A DNA stretch of 64,000 nucleotides from an uncultured bacterium (GCA_963707865.1 OY970175.1:80748-144747), one strand, 5' to 3'; positions 30,869-40,520 are shown, counted from the stretch's first letter. The notes: generated from the letters alone by a model not told the origin. A program made the numbers and translations.

Positions 30869-31678
30869 ATGAACAAAATTATTGGAATAATTTTCACGGT
30901 AGTATACGTTGTTCTGGCATATGTTTTAACCATCCTACTCGGTCTTGAGGGACCGGAACTGATGGTGTATTTCGCGGCTGGCTATCTCGTTGTTGCCATT
31001 ATAGCTTTGTGGTGGACTTACTTCTTTGTTCGTCGCCGCGACTTCAAACAGAAAACGTTAATTTTTTTCTTCAGCGGCTTGGGAATAGCTGTTTTGCTTG
31101 CCGGGGCCATAATAGCAAGTAGGAGTCCATTGATTGATTTGGATGTATACCGCTCGGAGAAACATGCGGCGAGCACAGAAGTCTTTAATATGAAGGACGA
31201 AACTTTGTTTTCATCGAAAGAAAATCCTATCGGCATCCGCTTAAAGTATTCCATGCGTTTTCCTGATAGCAATTATTTTTGGGAGTCGCCATCTATGAAC
31301 CCGGAAAAATATCTTGGTGTTAGCATTTGGACGGACATGCATATTGCTAATCAAAATATTGAACCCCCCATGCTCGGAACCAACCCTCCGAAATATGAGC
31401 AGGGAAAAACCTATAACTTCACTATTGATATGATTCCTTATTTCGTTATTCAGAATGCTGATAAAACAAAATTATGTATTATGAAACCACCAGCAGAATA
31501 TGCAGATGCTTTTCAAAAGTTAATTCAGAGTGATGAAACGGTACGCTTTACGATCAGAGTTTCGGGGACAAATTTTAGTGGGACTACAACAAACGCCTAT
31601 AGTCCTAAATTATTCTATGATAATGCTGTCAAGGAAGGAGCGTTTGAGTGCAAAGAAAATCAAACAATTTATTTCTGA
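30869..31678 (+). CDS. Hypothetical membrane protein
   Basis: Two or three N-terminal TM helices plus a soluble domain. AT-rich. An extended -10 promoter, TGGTATAAT, lies upstream at about 30750. Confidence 0.45.
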   Translation: MNKIIGIIFTVVYVVLAYVLTILLGLEGPELMVYFAAGYLVVAIIALWWTYFFVRRRDFKQKTLIFFFSGLGIAVLLAGAIIASRSPLIDLDVYRSEKHAASTEVFNMKDETLFSSKENPIGIRLKYSMRFPDSNYFWESPSMNPEKYLGVSIWTDMHIANQNIEPPMLGTNPPKYEQGKTYNFTIDMIPYFVIQNADKTKLCIMKPPAEYADAFQKLIQSDETVRFTIRVSGTNFSGTTTNAYSPKLFYDNAVKEGAFECKENQTIYF

Positions 31679-31774
31679 ATTGTTAATGTTCGCGGCGGGG
31701 CCGCTCATTTTTGCCCGTCCCTCAATCCGAGCCACGCGGAGCGCGGCGAGGACAGAATTCACCCCGCGAACAAC

Positions 31775-33262
31775 TCATCGTATGGAGAAAATGTCGCTCG
31801 CCGGCGTGTCTGTGGGGATTTGATCTGTTTGATCGGGTAAAAGATAGTTTACGTTTTTTGCCTTTTGCTCTGCTGGGAGGAAGGTGTCCGTGATGAAGAT
31901 CGTGGTCTCGGCAGACATGGGGAGGTCGCGGGTTATGACGCCACCGGCCTCTATCACAACATACTTCGGCGTGCGTGCGGGGAAGGCGTTGATCTCGCGG
32001 CCGATCATCACGTAATCGGCGTTGAATGCTCCGGAGACGTTCGGGTTGCTTGCCCAAACAATGAAGTAATCAACATAAGCGAATGCCGCTACGGCGATGA
32101 GAAAAACTGTCGCGACAGCAATGGCGAGTTTGCGGCCGGCATATTTTTGAATATTTTTATAGCACCAAATCTCTCCAAGCGCGGCAAAGATGATCGCGGG
32201 CGGAAGCATGAGGATGGAACGGAGCGCGTGGGGAATGCCCTCGTCGGACATCACGGCGGGAAGCGCGGCGAGAACCATCCACGCGAACGTAATGAGAAGT
32301 GCGAAAAGCGGCATCTGCGGAAGCATGTCGCCCCGGGGTGTTTCGCGGCGCCAATATTTCCAAAGCGCGTAAATACCGAGGATGATGCCGAGCACGAAGA
32401 GAAGTCCGACTGGCCAGAAAAGTTCCGGCGCACCGCTTATGTTATGCCGCCAGTTGCTGTCGCCGCGGATGTTGAACATAAGAAATGTCTTTGCGGTGTT
32501 TATCGCGAAATCTTTGAGTGGACTTGATGAGTTTGTGACCGATATTTCTGAGGTTCTACCGAAAAAGTCGGCAGGATGTTTCAAAAAATACCAGCCGATC
32601 GGCGCGGCGACGATGAAAGCCGCGATAATGAAAATGACGGCGCGTTTCCAAAAGCCCGGATGTTTTTTGAAAAAAGGGATGAAGAGCAGGAAGAGGAGCG
32701 GGGTGATGCGGTAGGCGATGTACGTATAGAAGCCGAGCGCATATACGACGCCGGCGAAGATGGAGTACCAAACGGCAATGCGGGAGGATGCGGAACGGAA
32801 CGCTTTTATCAAAAAATATAGCGCCCACGTGAGGAGGAGTGGCGCGAGGATTGCGCGGAAGCCGATGCGGGAAAAATTAATATGCCAAAAACAGGTTGCT
32901 AAAAGAAAGGCGGCGAGGAGACCCACGCCACCGCCAAAGAGTTCTGCGACAAGGAGGTAAAGTCCGAGCACCGTGAGCACGCCCGCGACTGCGGCAGGCA
33001 AACGAATGACCCACGGTTCGTGCGGCGCGTGGAAGAACTGGAACATAGCTGCGATGATGTTTACGTACAACCCTTCGCGGCCGTTGTCTTCGGTGTAGAA
33101 AACTTGATAGTGGCCGGTTTGTGCGGCCTCCGCGGCATTGTTGCCGTCAATCGCTTCGTCGGGATAGAGCCCGGGCGGGGTCGTTGTGAAATGGTAGAAG
33201 CGGAGGAAGGTTGCTATAATGAGAATGCCGACAAGAAGCCAGATCCTTTTGGATTTCATCAT
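31775..33262 (-). CDS. Glycosyltransferase family 39 (ArnT/PMT-like) membrane protein
   Basis: The LYPDEA (DE motif) lies in the first periplasmic loop, followed by many TM helices. The real start is the ATG at 33262 (MMKSKRIWLL); the upstream part of the track ORF is low-complexity. Confidence 0.75.
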   Translation of the reverse strand: MMKSKRIWLLVGILIIATFLRFYHFTTTPPGLYPDEAIDGNNAAEAAQTGHYQVFYTEDNGREGLYVNIIAAMFQFFHAPHEPWVIRLPAAVAGVLTVLGLYLLVAELFGGGVGLLAAFLLATCFWHINFSRIGFRAILAPLLLTWALYFLIKAFRSASSRIAVWYSIFAGVVYALGFYTYIAYRITPLLFLLFIPFFKKHPGFWKRAVIFIIAAFIVAAPIGWYFLKHPADFFGRTSEISVTNSSSPLKDFAINTAKTFLMFNIRGDSNWRHNISGAPELFWPVGLLFVLGIILGIYALWKYWRRETPRGDMLPQMPLFALLITFAWMVLAALPAVMSDEGIPHALRSILMLPPAIIFAALGEIWCYKNIQKYAGRKLAIAVATVFLIAVAAFAYVDYFIVWASNPNVSGAFNADYVMIGREINAFPARTPKYVVIEAGGVITRDLPMSAETTIFITDTFLPAEQKAKNVNYLLPDQTDQIPTDTPASDIFSIR

Positions 33263-33281
33263 GATCTCATTATAACAATTA

Positions 33282-33707
33282 ATGGCGGACCAACCTTCCA
33301 CATTTGAGCACGCCTTGGAGGCGGATATGCAGAAACTTGCGGAGGAGATCAGAAGGCAGCGCGAGCGGCCCGAAATGAGTGGCGCGGGAGAAAAAGAGCT
33401 CCTCAAAGAAGCTATCCGCGCGTTTCCCAACCTTGAGAAATCGCCGGAGGGAGCTCCTCCGCCGCCTGCGCCTCCTCCTCCACCTCCTTCTGCGGCGTCG
33501 CAGAGTCCATTGCCGGTATATGCGCAGAACGCTCCCGCGGAAGTGAAGCTTGAAATTGAATATCTTTTGGACATTGCGCTGCGGCAGGGGCTCAGCAAAG
33601 CGTTTGCCGAAGCGCAAAAATCTTCTTATTTTGTTTTGGATACATTCCACGACGCGCTTGCGGGAAGATTATATCCGGAGCTCCAGAAACGCGGGATGGT
33701 GAAATAA
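33282..33707 (+). CDS. Hypothetical protein (Pro-rich linker)
   Basis: 141 aa containing PPPPAPPPPPPS. It lies immediately upstream of the TraD-like ATPase; its stop at 33707 is 1 nt before that gene's ATG. Confidence 0.4.
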   Translation: MADQPSTFEHALEADMQKLAEEIRRQRERPEMSGAGEKELLKEAIRAFPNLEKSPEGAPPPPAPPPPPPSAASQSPLPVYAQNAPAEVKLEIEYLLDIALRQGLSKAFAEAQKSSYFVLDTFHDALAGRLYPELQKRGMVK

Positions 33708-33708
33708 G

Positions 33709-36114
33709 ATGCTCGGCTTTTATATATTCATCTCCGTCGTCCTTTGCGCCATCGCGGGCACGGCGATCTATTTTATTTTTCGCTCGCTCGCGCGGCGAAG
33801 GATAGCACTGTCCTTAAGCACCTCAGTTTTTCTTATAAAAATTCCGAAGCCGGCTGCGGGATCGGAGGTTTCTCCGGGAAGCTCGGAGAACAAGGACTTC
33901 AAGGCAGAACTCGCGCACTTTGAGCAGCTTTTGGGAAGCTTGGCGGCGATCAAGAAACCGTTCACGTTTGAGGTCGCCGTGCCGCACGTGGGTGAAGAGA
34001 TCCACTTTTACCTCGCAGTGCCGAAACTGTCTTCGGAAGTGGCTGCGAAACAGGTCTTGGGACTGTGGAGCGGCGCTTCGGTCACGCAGGTGACGGATGA
34101 TTTCAACATTTTTAACCCGCACGGCGAGGCGGTGGCGGCATATGTGAAGCAGAAAGAGCATTACGGCCTTCCCATACGGACCTATAACGAGCTTGGCATT
34201 GATTCATTTGAACCGATCGTGGGCGCGCTCACGAAGATAAATGAGATTGGCGAGGGGGCGGCGGTGCAGGTCATCATGCAACCCGCGCCCGCGGGGACGA
34301 AGAAGGAAGTGCAGCACGCGATTGAGCGTTTGAAGAAGGGCGAGCCGTTCAAGAAAGTATTTCGGAGCGACTTTGTGCGTTCGTTCTCCGAGGCGGGGGA
34401 GGTTTTGAATCCGAAAACCAAGGAGAAAAAGATGGAGGAGAAGCAGGAGCGCGTGGTAGACGAAGAGGCGGCGAAGGCACTCCAGGCGAAGATCATGAAG
34501 CCGCTTTTCTTTGTAAACGTGCGGCTCGTCGCCTCGGCGGGGTCACCATTTCAGGCGAATGACATTTTGGACGGGCTTGCCGCCGGATTCAGCCAGTTCG
34601 GGAGCCCTACGCGGAATGATCTCCGGGTGATAAAACCGCGGAATCCAGACAAACTCATCCGCAAATTCATCTTCCGCGAGTTTGACGCGTCGCAATCCAT
34701 GACGCTTTCGAGTGAAGAGATCGCAAGCTTTTATCATTTGCCGATTTCGTCCACCGAGACGCCGCATGTGAAGTGGCTTAAATCAAAGGAAGCGCCGCCT
34801 CCGGAAAACCTCTCCAAGCAAGGAGCGCTCCTCGGTTACAGCAATTTCCGCGGGGAGTCCAGGCCTATTTACATCACGGACGAGGACCGGCGCCGCCACA
34901 TCTACGTGATTGGTCAGACCGGCACCGGAAAGACCACGGAAATTTCAAGCATGTTAATTGATGACATCCAGGCAGGCAAAGGCGTCGCAATCATTGACCC
35001 GCACGGCGAGTTCGCGGAAAAAGCGCTCGCCAAGATTCCGAAGGAACGCGTTGAGGACGTGATCTATTTTGACCCGGGCGACCTCGCGCGGCCCATGGGC
35101 ATCAACATGCTTGATTACAATTTCAGCCGCCCCGAAGAAAAAACGTTCATCGTGAACGAGCTTCTCGGCATCTTTGACAAATTGTACGACCTGAAGACCA
35201 CGGGCGGTCCGATGTTTGAACTCTATATGCGCAACGCCCTCCTTCTTCTCATGGAAGACATGCCGAACGAGGAGGCGACCCTGATTGAAGTGCCCCGCAT
35301 TTTCACGGACACCGCGTACCGCGTGCGGAAACTTGAACGCATCCATAATCCCACCGTCATTGATTTCTGGGAAAAGGAAGCGATAAAAACGAGCGGCGAG
35401 CAGTCGCTCGCCAACATGGCGGTGTACGTGAGCTCAAAGTTCACCGCCTTCATCTCTAACGACTACATGCGGCCGATCATCGGCCAGCCGAAATCGGCGT
35501 TCAATTTCCGCGATGTGATGGATAACGGGAAGATTTTGCTCATCAACCTTTCAAAAGGAAAAATAGGAGACATCAATTCCAACCTTCTCGGCATGATCTT
35601 CATTGGGAAGATTCTGATGGCGGCCCTCTCGCGCGTGGAGATCGCCGACGAATCAAAGCGCCGCGACTTTTATCTCTATATTGATGAGTTTCAGAACTTC
35701 GCCACCGACGCGGTCGCGACTATCCTCTCCGAAGCGCGCAAATATCATTTAAGTTTGACGATGGCGCACCAGTTCATCGCGCAGCTCAAGGAGAATATCC
35801 GCGACGCCGTCTTCGGGAATGTGGGAACCCAACTTGTGATGCGCGTGGGGCCGCAGGACGCGGAGTTCCTTGTGAAGCAATTTGAGCCGGTATTCAACAA
35901 GAACGACCTTATTAGTATTGATAATCTGAACGCGTTTGTGCGGCTTCTTGTGAATGGTCAGACCTCGCGCCCGTTCAATATGAAGATGAACACGTCGTCG
36001 TGGGCGCCGGGCAATGCCGAACTTGCCGTGAAGCTCAAGGAATACTCGCGTGTAAAATTCGGGCAGGACAGGCAGGTGGTAGAGGACGAGATCTATCGGC
36101 GCCTGCGGGAGTAA
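33709..36114 (+). CDS. TraD/VirD4/TrwB-like coupling-protein ATPase (FtsK/HerA superfamily) with N-terminal TM helix and long unassigned middle region
   Basis: Walker A YVIGQTGTGKTT, Walker B FYLYIDEFQNF, and LTMAHQFIAQL. There is an N-terminal TM helix. About 330 aa before the ATPase have no recognisable motif. Confidence 0.6.
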   Translation: MLGFYIFISVVLCAIAGTAIYFIFRSLARRRIALSLSTSVFLIKIPKPAAGSEVSPGSSENKDFKAELAHFEQLLGSLAAIKKPFTFEVAVPHVGEEIHFYLAVPKLSSEVAAKQVLGLWSGASVTQVTDDFNIFNPHGEAVAAYVKQKEHYGLPIRTYNELGIDSFEPIVGALTKINEIGEGAAVQVIMQPAPAGTKKEVQHAIERLKKGEPFKKVFRSDFVRSFSEAGEVLNPKTKEKKMEEKQERVVDEEAAKALQAKIMKPLFFVNVRLVASAGSPFQANDILDGLAAGFSQFGSPTRNDLRVIKPRNPDKLIRKFIFREFDASQSMTLSSEEIASFYHLPISSTETPHVKWLKSKEAPPPENLSKQGALLGYSNFRGESRPIYITDEDRRRHIYVIGQTGTGKTTEISSMLIDDIQAGKGVAIIDPHGEFAEKALAKIPKERVEDVIYFDPGDLARPMGINMLDYNFSRPEEKTFIVNELLGIFDKLYDLKTTGGPMFELYMRNALLLLMEDMPNEEATLIEVPRIFTDTAYRVRKLERIHNPTVIDFWEKEAIKTSGEQSLANMAVYVSSKFTAFISNDYMRPIIGQPKSAFNFRDVMDNGKILLINLSKGKIGDINSNLLGMIFIGKILMAALSRVEIADESKRRDFYLYIDEFQNFATDAVATILSEARKYHLSLTMAHQFIAQLKENIRDAVFGNVGTQLVMRVGPQDAEFLVKQFEPVFNKNDLISIDNLNAFVRLLVNGQTSRPFNMKMNTSSWAPGNAELAVKLKEYSRVKFGQDRQVVEDEIYRRLRE

Positions 36115-36460
36115 GTTGTACAATTTCCTTAGGACCTTGGTAAGCGGTAAGCGGGGTCCTCTTTTGGGTGAACGCGACAACTTGAGTGAGAGGAGGGTCC
36201 TGAAAACCCGATGGGCGGCTCCTAAGTAGTAGAGGTGGAGAGAGCAGTCCTGGGGCAAGGCTCCAGCAAGGAGCCAAGAGCAGCAAAAATCTTGAATGTT
36301 ACCATGAGCGGGGTGCGTCAAGCTGTACCAGGCGCACCCCCTCTCGCTTTTGAATTTACTTTTTTCCGTCACTGCCTGGCCCTAAGCGCACGAGGGTACC
36401 AGGCACGTTTTTCTATTCATAATTTCATTTCGCCCCGTTTTTTATTATAATAGAATGTGT

Positions 36461-37555
36461 ATGGCGGTGAAGTACTTGAGCAAGACAAGCCTGGGATTGC
36501 TGAAGGGTACTGCGCTCTTGCGGTTGGATTTCAATACGGAGGACGACTGGCGAATGCGGGCAGTTTTGCCCACGATCAAGTTTTTGCTGAAACATTCCGC
36601 AAGAATCGTGATCGTAAGCCACCGCGGACGGCCGAAGGGGTTTGAAAAGAAGTTTAGCTTGCGGCGGGATGCGGCGATCCTCTCACGGCTTCTGGAGAAG
36701 AAAGTTTCGTTTATTGGTCATTTTCGATTTGGGGAGATACGACGGATGGTCGCCGCGGCACCGCGCGGGTCGGTGTTTCTTTTGGAAAACTTACGGTTTG
36801 TAAAAGGAGAAGAAGCGAACGATCCACGGTTTGCACGGCAGCTTGCGTCGCTCGCGGATTTTTACGTGAATGATGCGTTCGCGGTTTCGCATCGCGCGAA
36901 TGCCTCCATTGCCGCGATCACGCGGTTCCTGCCAAGCTACGCGGGATTGGAACTGGAGAACGAGATCACCTCGCTCTCGCGCGTGATGCAACGGCCGAAG
37001 CGCCCGCTCCTCCTTATTCTCGGCGGTGCAAAAGCGGCAGACAAATTAGGCGTCATCGCGTATTTCAGAAAAAAGACCGATTGGTTCCTGCTTGGCGGCG
37101 GGCCGGCGAACACCATCCTTTTCCTGAAGGGGATTGACGTGCAAGATTCTATACGCGACCGCGAGCCAAAGGATCTCGCGGCGCTTAAGTCCGTCGCGAA
37201 TTACAAGAACATTGTTTTGCCGGACGATTTTGTCTGGCACGACGGCAAAGTGTGGGACATCGGTCCTAAAGCAGTCCAAATTTTCGGCAAAAAGATCAAT
37301 GAAGCGCGTACGGTCCTTTGGAGTGGGCCGCTCGGCCTTATAGAGCAGAAAAAATATGCGCGCGGGAGCGTGGCCGTCGCGCGCGCCGTCGCGCGCAATC
37401 GGAGAGCGTTTTCCGTCGCAGGAGGCGGTGAGACTGTGATGTTCCTCAAAAAATACAAACTGGATAAGAAGTTCAGTTTCATCTCCACTGGCGGCGGCGC
37501 GATGATAGATTTTCTTGCCGGAAAAAAGTTGCCAGGGATAGCGGCGTTGCAGTAA
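36461..37555 (+). CDS. pgk: Phosphoglycerate kinase
   Basis: RLDFNTEDD..., VSHRGRPKG, and a C-terminal GGGA...D hinge. The protein is about 365 aa. Confidence 0.85.
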   Translation: MAVKYLSKTSLGLLKGTALLRLDFNTEDDWRMRAVLPTIKFLLKHSARIVIVSHRGRPKGFEKKFSLRRDAAILSRLLEKKVSFIGHFRFGEIRRMVAAAPRGSVFLLENLRFVKGEEANDPRFARQLASLADFYVNDAFAVSHRANASIAAITRFLPSYAGLELENEITSLSRVMQRPKRPLLLILGGAKAADKLGVIAYFRKKTDWFLLGGGPANTILFLKGIDVQDSIRDREPKDLAALKSVANYKNIVLPDDFVWHDGKVWDIGPKAVQIFGKKINEARTVLWSGPLGLIEQKKYARGSVAVARAVARNRRAFSVAGGGETVMFLKKYKLDKKFSFISTGGGAMIDFLAGKKLPGIAALQ

Positions 37556-37613
37556 AATGTTCTGTCCGCCGTGCGGCACGCGGCGCGCCGGCGAAGGGGC
37601 GAGTGAAGCGCAC

Positions 37614-38558
37614 ATGAAATACGACATTTATTTTCACAATGATTTTGACGGCAGGGCCAGTGCGGCAGTGATGCTCGCTTTTTTGCGGAGCCGCGGGGAC
37701 GACATTGAACGCTATGTCGCACTGACCTATGGAAACGAGAAGGAATGGCTCAAGGAAGATTTGACGAAGAAACGGAACCCGGCGATCGTCGTGGATTTCA
37801 TTTATCATCCGGGTACCGCGTGGTGGTTTGATCATCATCCGACGGCGTTCAGGAAAGAGAAATGGAAACGGGCGTTTAAGCCAGACAAGTTTCATCGCTA
37901 CGACGCTTCGTATAAATCCGCCTGCCACCTTGTGCGCGATACGCTCAGGAAAAATTTCGGGTGGAAACCGCCGGCACACTTGAAGGAACTTGCGCGGAGA
38001 CTTGACGTGATCGACGGCGCGGCGTTTCGCTCGCCGAGGGAAACAATTGAAATGAAATCCCCGGCGCTTCGGATCAATGCGCTTATAGAAACGGCGTCGC
38101 GTACGGAAGCAGAGGACCGGTTCCTTATCCGCCTTCTCGCGGCGCGGCCGCTTGCGCGCGTGGTCACGGTTCCGCGCATCGCCCGGGCCATACGCACCTT
38201 GCGAAAGAAGGTTCGGGAAAGCATGCGCTTTTATAGGGAAAACCTCCGCTCCTTCGGGAAAACCACGCTCATTGATGTGACCAATGATCCCTTGCGCGGA
38301 CTTTTCCGCTTCGCACCATACTATCTTCACCCCAAAACAGTGTTCAGTTTCCGTTTAAGGAAAAGAGGACCTGGCGTATGGCACCTTAGCGTGGGGGTCA
38401 CCCCGTGGCGGCGCGCGGTGAATCGGTTTGACCTCGGAACGCTCATGCGGCGGCGCTACGGCGGAGGCGGACATAAAGACGTAGCGGCGACGGAGTTCGT
38501 AACAAAAAAGGATGCGTTGCGCGCGTTCGAAAAGCTCAACGCGCTATTAAACCGATAA
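37614..38558 (+). CDS. DHH family phosphoesterase (NrnA-like)
   Basis: HNDFDGRASAAVM (DHH motif I/II), FDHHP (motif III) and GGGGH (DHHA1). Confidence 0.7.
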   Translation: MKYDIYFHNDFDGRASAAVMLAFLRSRGDDIERYVALTYGNEKEWLKEDLTKKRNPAIVVDFIYHPGTAWWFDHHPTAFRKEKWKRAFKPDKFHRYDASYKSACHLVRDTLRKNFGWKPPAHLKELARRLDVIDGAAFRSPRETIEMKSPALRINALIETASRTEAEDRFLIRLLAARPLARVVTVPRIARAIRTLRKKVRESMRFYRENLRSFGKTTLIDVTNDPLRGLFRFAPYYLHPKTVFSFRLRKRGPGVWHLSVGVTPWRRAVNRFDLGTLMRRRYGGGGHKDVAATEFVTKKDALRAFEKLNALLNR

Positions 38559-39173
38559 ATGGCTACAAAGCAAAAATATTACGCGTATTTCGTACCCCGA
38601 GAAAATCAGCAGGGGATAACCGACGGTTGGGACGAATGCGAAAAGATCGTTTCCGGGAAGGTCGGCGCGCGGTACAAAGCGTTTGAAACACACGAGGACG
38701 CGGAGCGGTGGCTTGCGCGTGGCGCGATGTACGAGATCAAAGGGCCGCCGCCGAAGCTCACGCGCGGGATCTATTTTGACGCAGGAACAGGCAGGGGCGA
38801 GGGGGTGGAAATAAGCGTGACTGATGAGAAAGGGAGGAACCTGCTCCACAAGGCGCTTTCGAAAAAGGAATTGAACCGTTTTGGGAAGCACCTAGTGGGT
38901 GATTCTTCAGCGACGAACAACTATGGAGAACTTTTGGCTTTGAAATATGCGCTCAAAATCGCGCAGAAGGAGAAAGTGAAAAAAATACTCGGCGACAGCC
39001 GCTTGGTAATTGAATATTGGTCGCAATGGCGCATGAAACGGAAGAAATTGCCGGAGGAAACCGTGGCGCTCGCGAACGAGGTGGCGAAATTGCGCGAAAA
39101 ATTTGAAAAGGCCGGAGGGACTGTCATGCGTATTTCTGGCGCACACAATCCCGCCGACCTGGGTTTTCACTGA
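38559..39173 (+). CDS. rnhA: Ribonuclease HI with N-terminal hybrid-binding (Cauli_VI-like) domain
   Basis: The N-terminal KYYAYFVPRENQQGITDGWDECEKIVSGKVGARYKAFETHEDAERWL is the RNase H1 N-terminal domain. It is followed by the RNase H core, including TNNYGELLAL. Confidence 0.8.
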   Translation: MATKQKYYAYFVPRENQQGITDGWDECEKIVSGKVGARYKAFETHEDAERWLARGAMYEIKGPPPKLTRGIYFDAGTGRGEGVEISVTDEKGRNLLHKALSKKELNRFGKHLVGDSSATNNYGELLALKYALKIAQKEKVKKILGDSRLVIEYWSQWRMKRKKLPEETVALANEVAKLREKFEKAGGTVMRISGAHNPADLGFH

Positions 39174-39197
39174 CAAAACATTTTCGCCCGCGGACAG

Positions 39198-39422
39198 CTA
39201 GCTTTCTTTGCGGTCCGGGACAAGGGTAACGGTGAGGCGAGCCTTCAACGCAATCGCGATACGTCGAAGTTCTTTGAGATTCGGGTTGCATAAACCATCC
39301 TCCAAGCTGCGGATGCGGTACTTCTTGGAGCCAACTATCCCGGCAAGCTGTCGCCGCGTGAGTCTCTGCCCTCGCCGAAGTTTCTCTATAGTCGCCCCGA
39401 TTGCTCTGGTGTCGTTTTTCAT
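39198..39422 (-). CDS. XRE-family HTH transcriptional regulator (small)
   Basis: LTRRQLAGIVGSKKYRIRSLEDG helix-turn-helix, about 75 aa from the ATG at 39422. Confidence 0.55.
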   Translation of the reverse strand: MKNDTRAIGATIEKLRRGQRLTRRQLAGIVGSKKYRIRSLEDGLCNPNLKELRRIAIALKARLTVTLVPDRKES

Positions 39423-39544
39423 TTCTACGTCCTCCCATAGGGTCTCATTTAATAAGGTTCCAATTGCAATAGTAAGCCAACGTTTCGTGTTGTCAAAGCG
39501 GGGGAATGGCGTTTTTGCGCGCGGCGTGGTATAGTAGTGTTTGG

Positions 39545-39977
39545 CAATCCAGACGGTCGCTCGGCTGCGTCGCGCAAGCGGCGCTAGCTGGGAGGAAAGT
39601 CCGGACACCCTCCAGCCGTAGTTTCTTTGAAACTACAGCTGGATAAAACGGTAGCGGCTAACAGCCGCACGGCGAAAGCCGAGAGGTGCGATCAGTGACG
39701 CCCCGTTCCGAAAGGTTCGGGGGAGCCCGATCCCAAGCTAGATGGCTCAACTCCGCGATAGGGACAAAAAAGTGGAGGTGAAACGGCAAAACCCTTACTG
39801 GGTGCAAGGCCGCGTCCAGCCGTAATTGCGAGAGCAATTACAGCTGGGAGTGCCGCACGAGCCCGCGAGCAATCAAGGGCCCAGAGAAATGACCGTCCCT
39901 CCGTCCAGCCGTAATTTAAAAAATTACGGCTGGGCTGGGCGACAGAATCCGGCTTACGGATTGCCAGCAACATAAAG
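39545..39977 (+). ncRNA. rnpB: RNase P RNA (bacterial type A-like)
   Basis: P4 strands GGGAGGAAAGTCCGGAC and ACAGAATCCGGCTTA. P1 pairing is TTGGCAATCC with GGATTGCCAG. P3 is CGTCGC-GCAA-GCGGCG. A GCAA-looped hairpin plus T-run terminator sits at 39973-40000. Confidence 0.8.
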
Positions 39978-40002
39978 GCCCCGCGCAAGCGGGGCTTTTA
40001 TG
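39973..40002 (+). terminator. Intrinsic terminator after rnpB
   Basis: Hairpin GGCCCCGC-GCAA-GCGGGGC followed by TTTTAT. Confidence 0.6.
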
Positions 40003-40024
40003 TTGGCGCACGTTTCTCGCCTTT

Positions 40025-40420
40025 CTATTCTACTTTTTCTCCAAAGGCCTCATCTTCAACGTCCGCTTCGGCATCTTGTTTGGTTTTGTGTATTCTGCCG
40101 TCTATATGGTTTGCGGGAGCGTAGATGGTGAAAACCTTGAGCGATTCGCTGCCAGTGTTTATGAAATTGTGCTTGATTCCCGGCGTTACGACAACCACAT
40201 CTCCGGCTTGATATGGCTGCTCTTTCCCTTCAAGCACCGCTTTTCCTTCGCCGCGCAGGAGAAAGAGCGTTTGCTCAACATGAGAATGAGTTTCCTCTCC
40301 GATGTCCTCGTGGGGCTTGATGTCCATCACAACAAGCTGGCTTTTAGCGCCTGTGAAAAGCACTTTTCGGAAATACGTGTTTTTCTCTGTCTCTTCAATG
40401 TAATTCCCCGAATAAGGCAT
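40025..40420 (-). CDS. Cupin domain protein
   Basis: G(X)5HXH...E...G and PXG...H...N cupin motifs (IGEETHSHVEQTLFLLRGEG, VVVTPGIKHNF). Confidence 0.7.
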   Translation of the reverse strand: MPYSGNYIEETEKNTYFRKVLFTGAKSQLVVMDIKPHEDIGEETHSHVEQTLFLLRGEGKAVLEGKEQPYQAGDVVVVTPGIKHNFINTGSESLKVFTIYAPANHIDGRIHKTKQDAEADVEDEAFGEKVE

Positions 40421-40520
40421 GGGTTGCTATGGGTTGCATGTTATCCGTCGCCGACCTTTCTCTACTTAAATTATAGTGTACCTCATCCAGCAGCAGTTGC
40501 CATTTGTTAGAATAAACTCA

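Noticed and set aside
31775-33598. Extended 607-aa form of the GT39 ORF
   Set aside because: Upstream of Met 33262 the translation is poly-Gly/Ser low-complexity and overlaps the divergent gene's region. The conserved protein begins MMKSKRIWLL.
36115-36454. SRP RNA (ffs) or 6S RNA in the spacer upstream of pgk
   Set aside because: No domain-IV GGAA/AGCAG signature of SRP RNA and no 6S-like central bubble could be recognised. It is left as an unassigned structured spacer.
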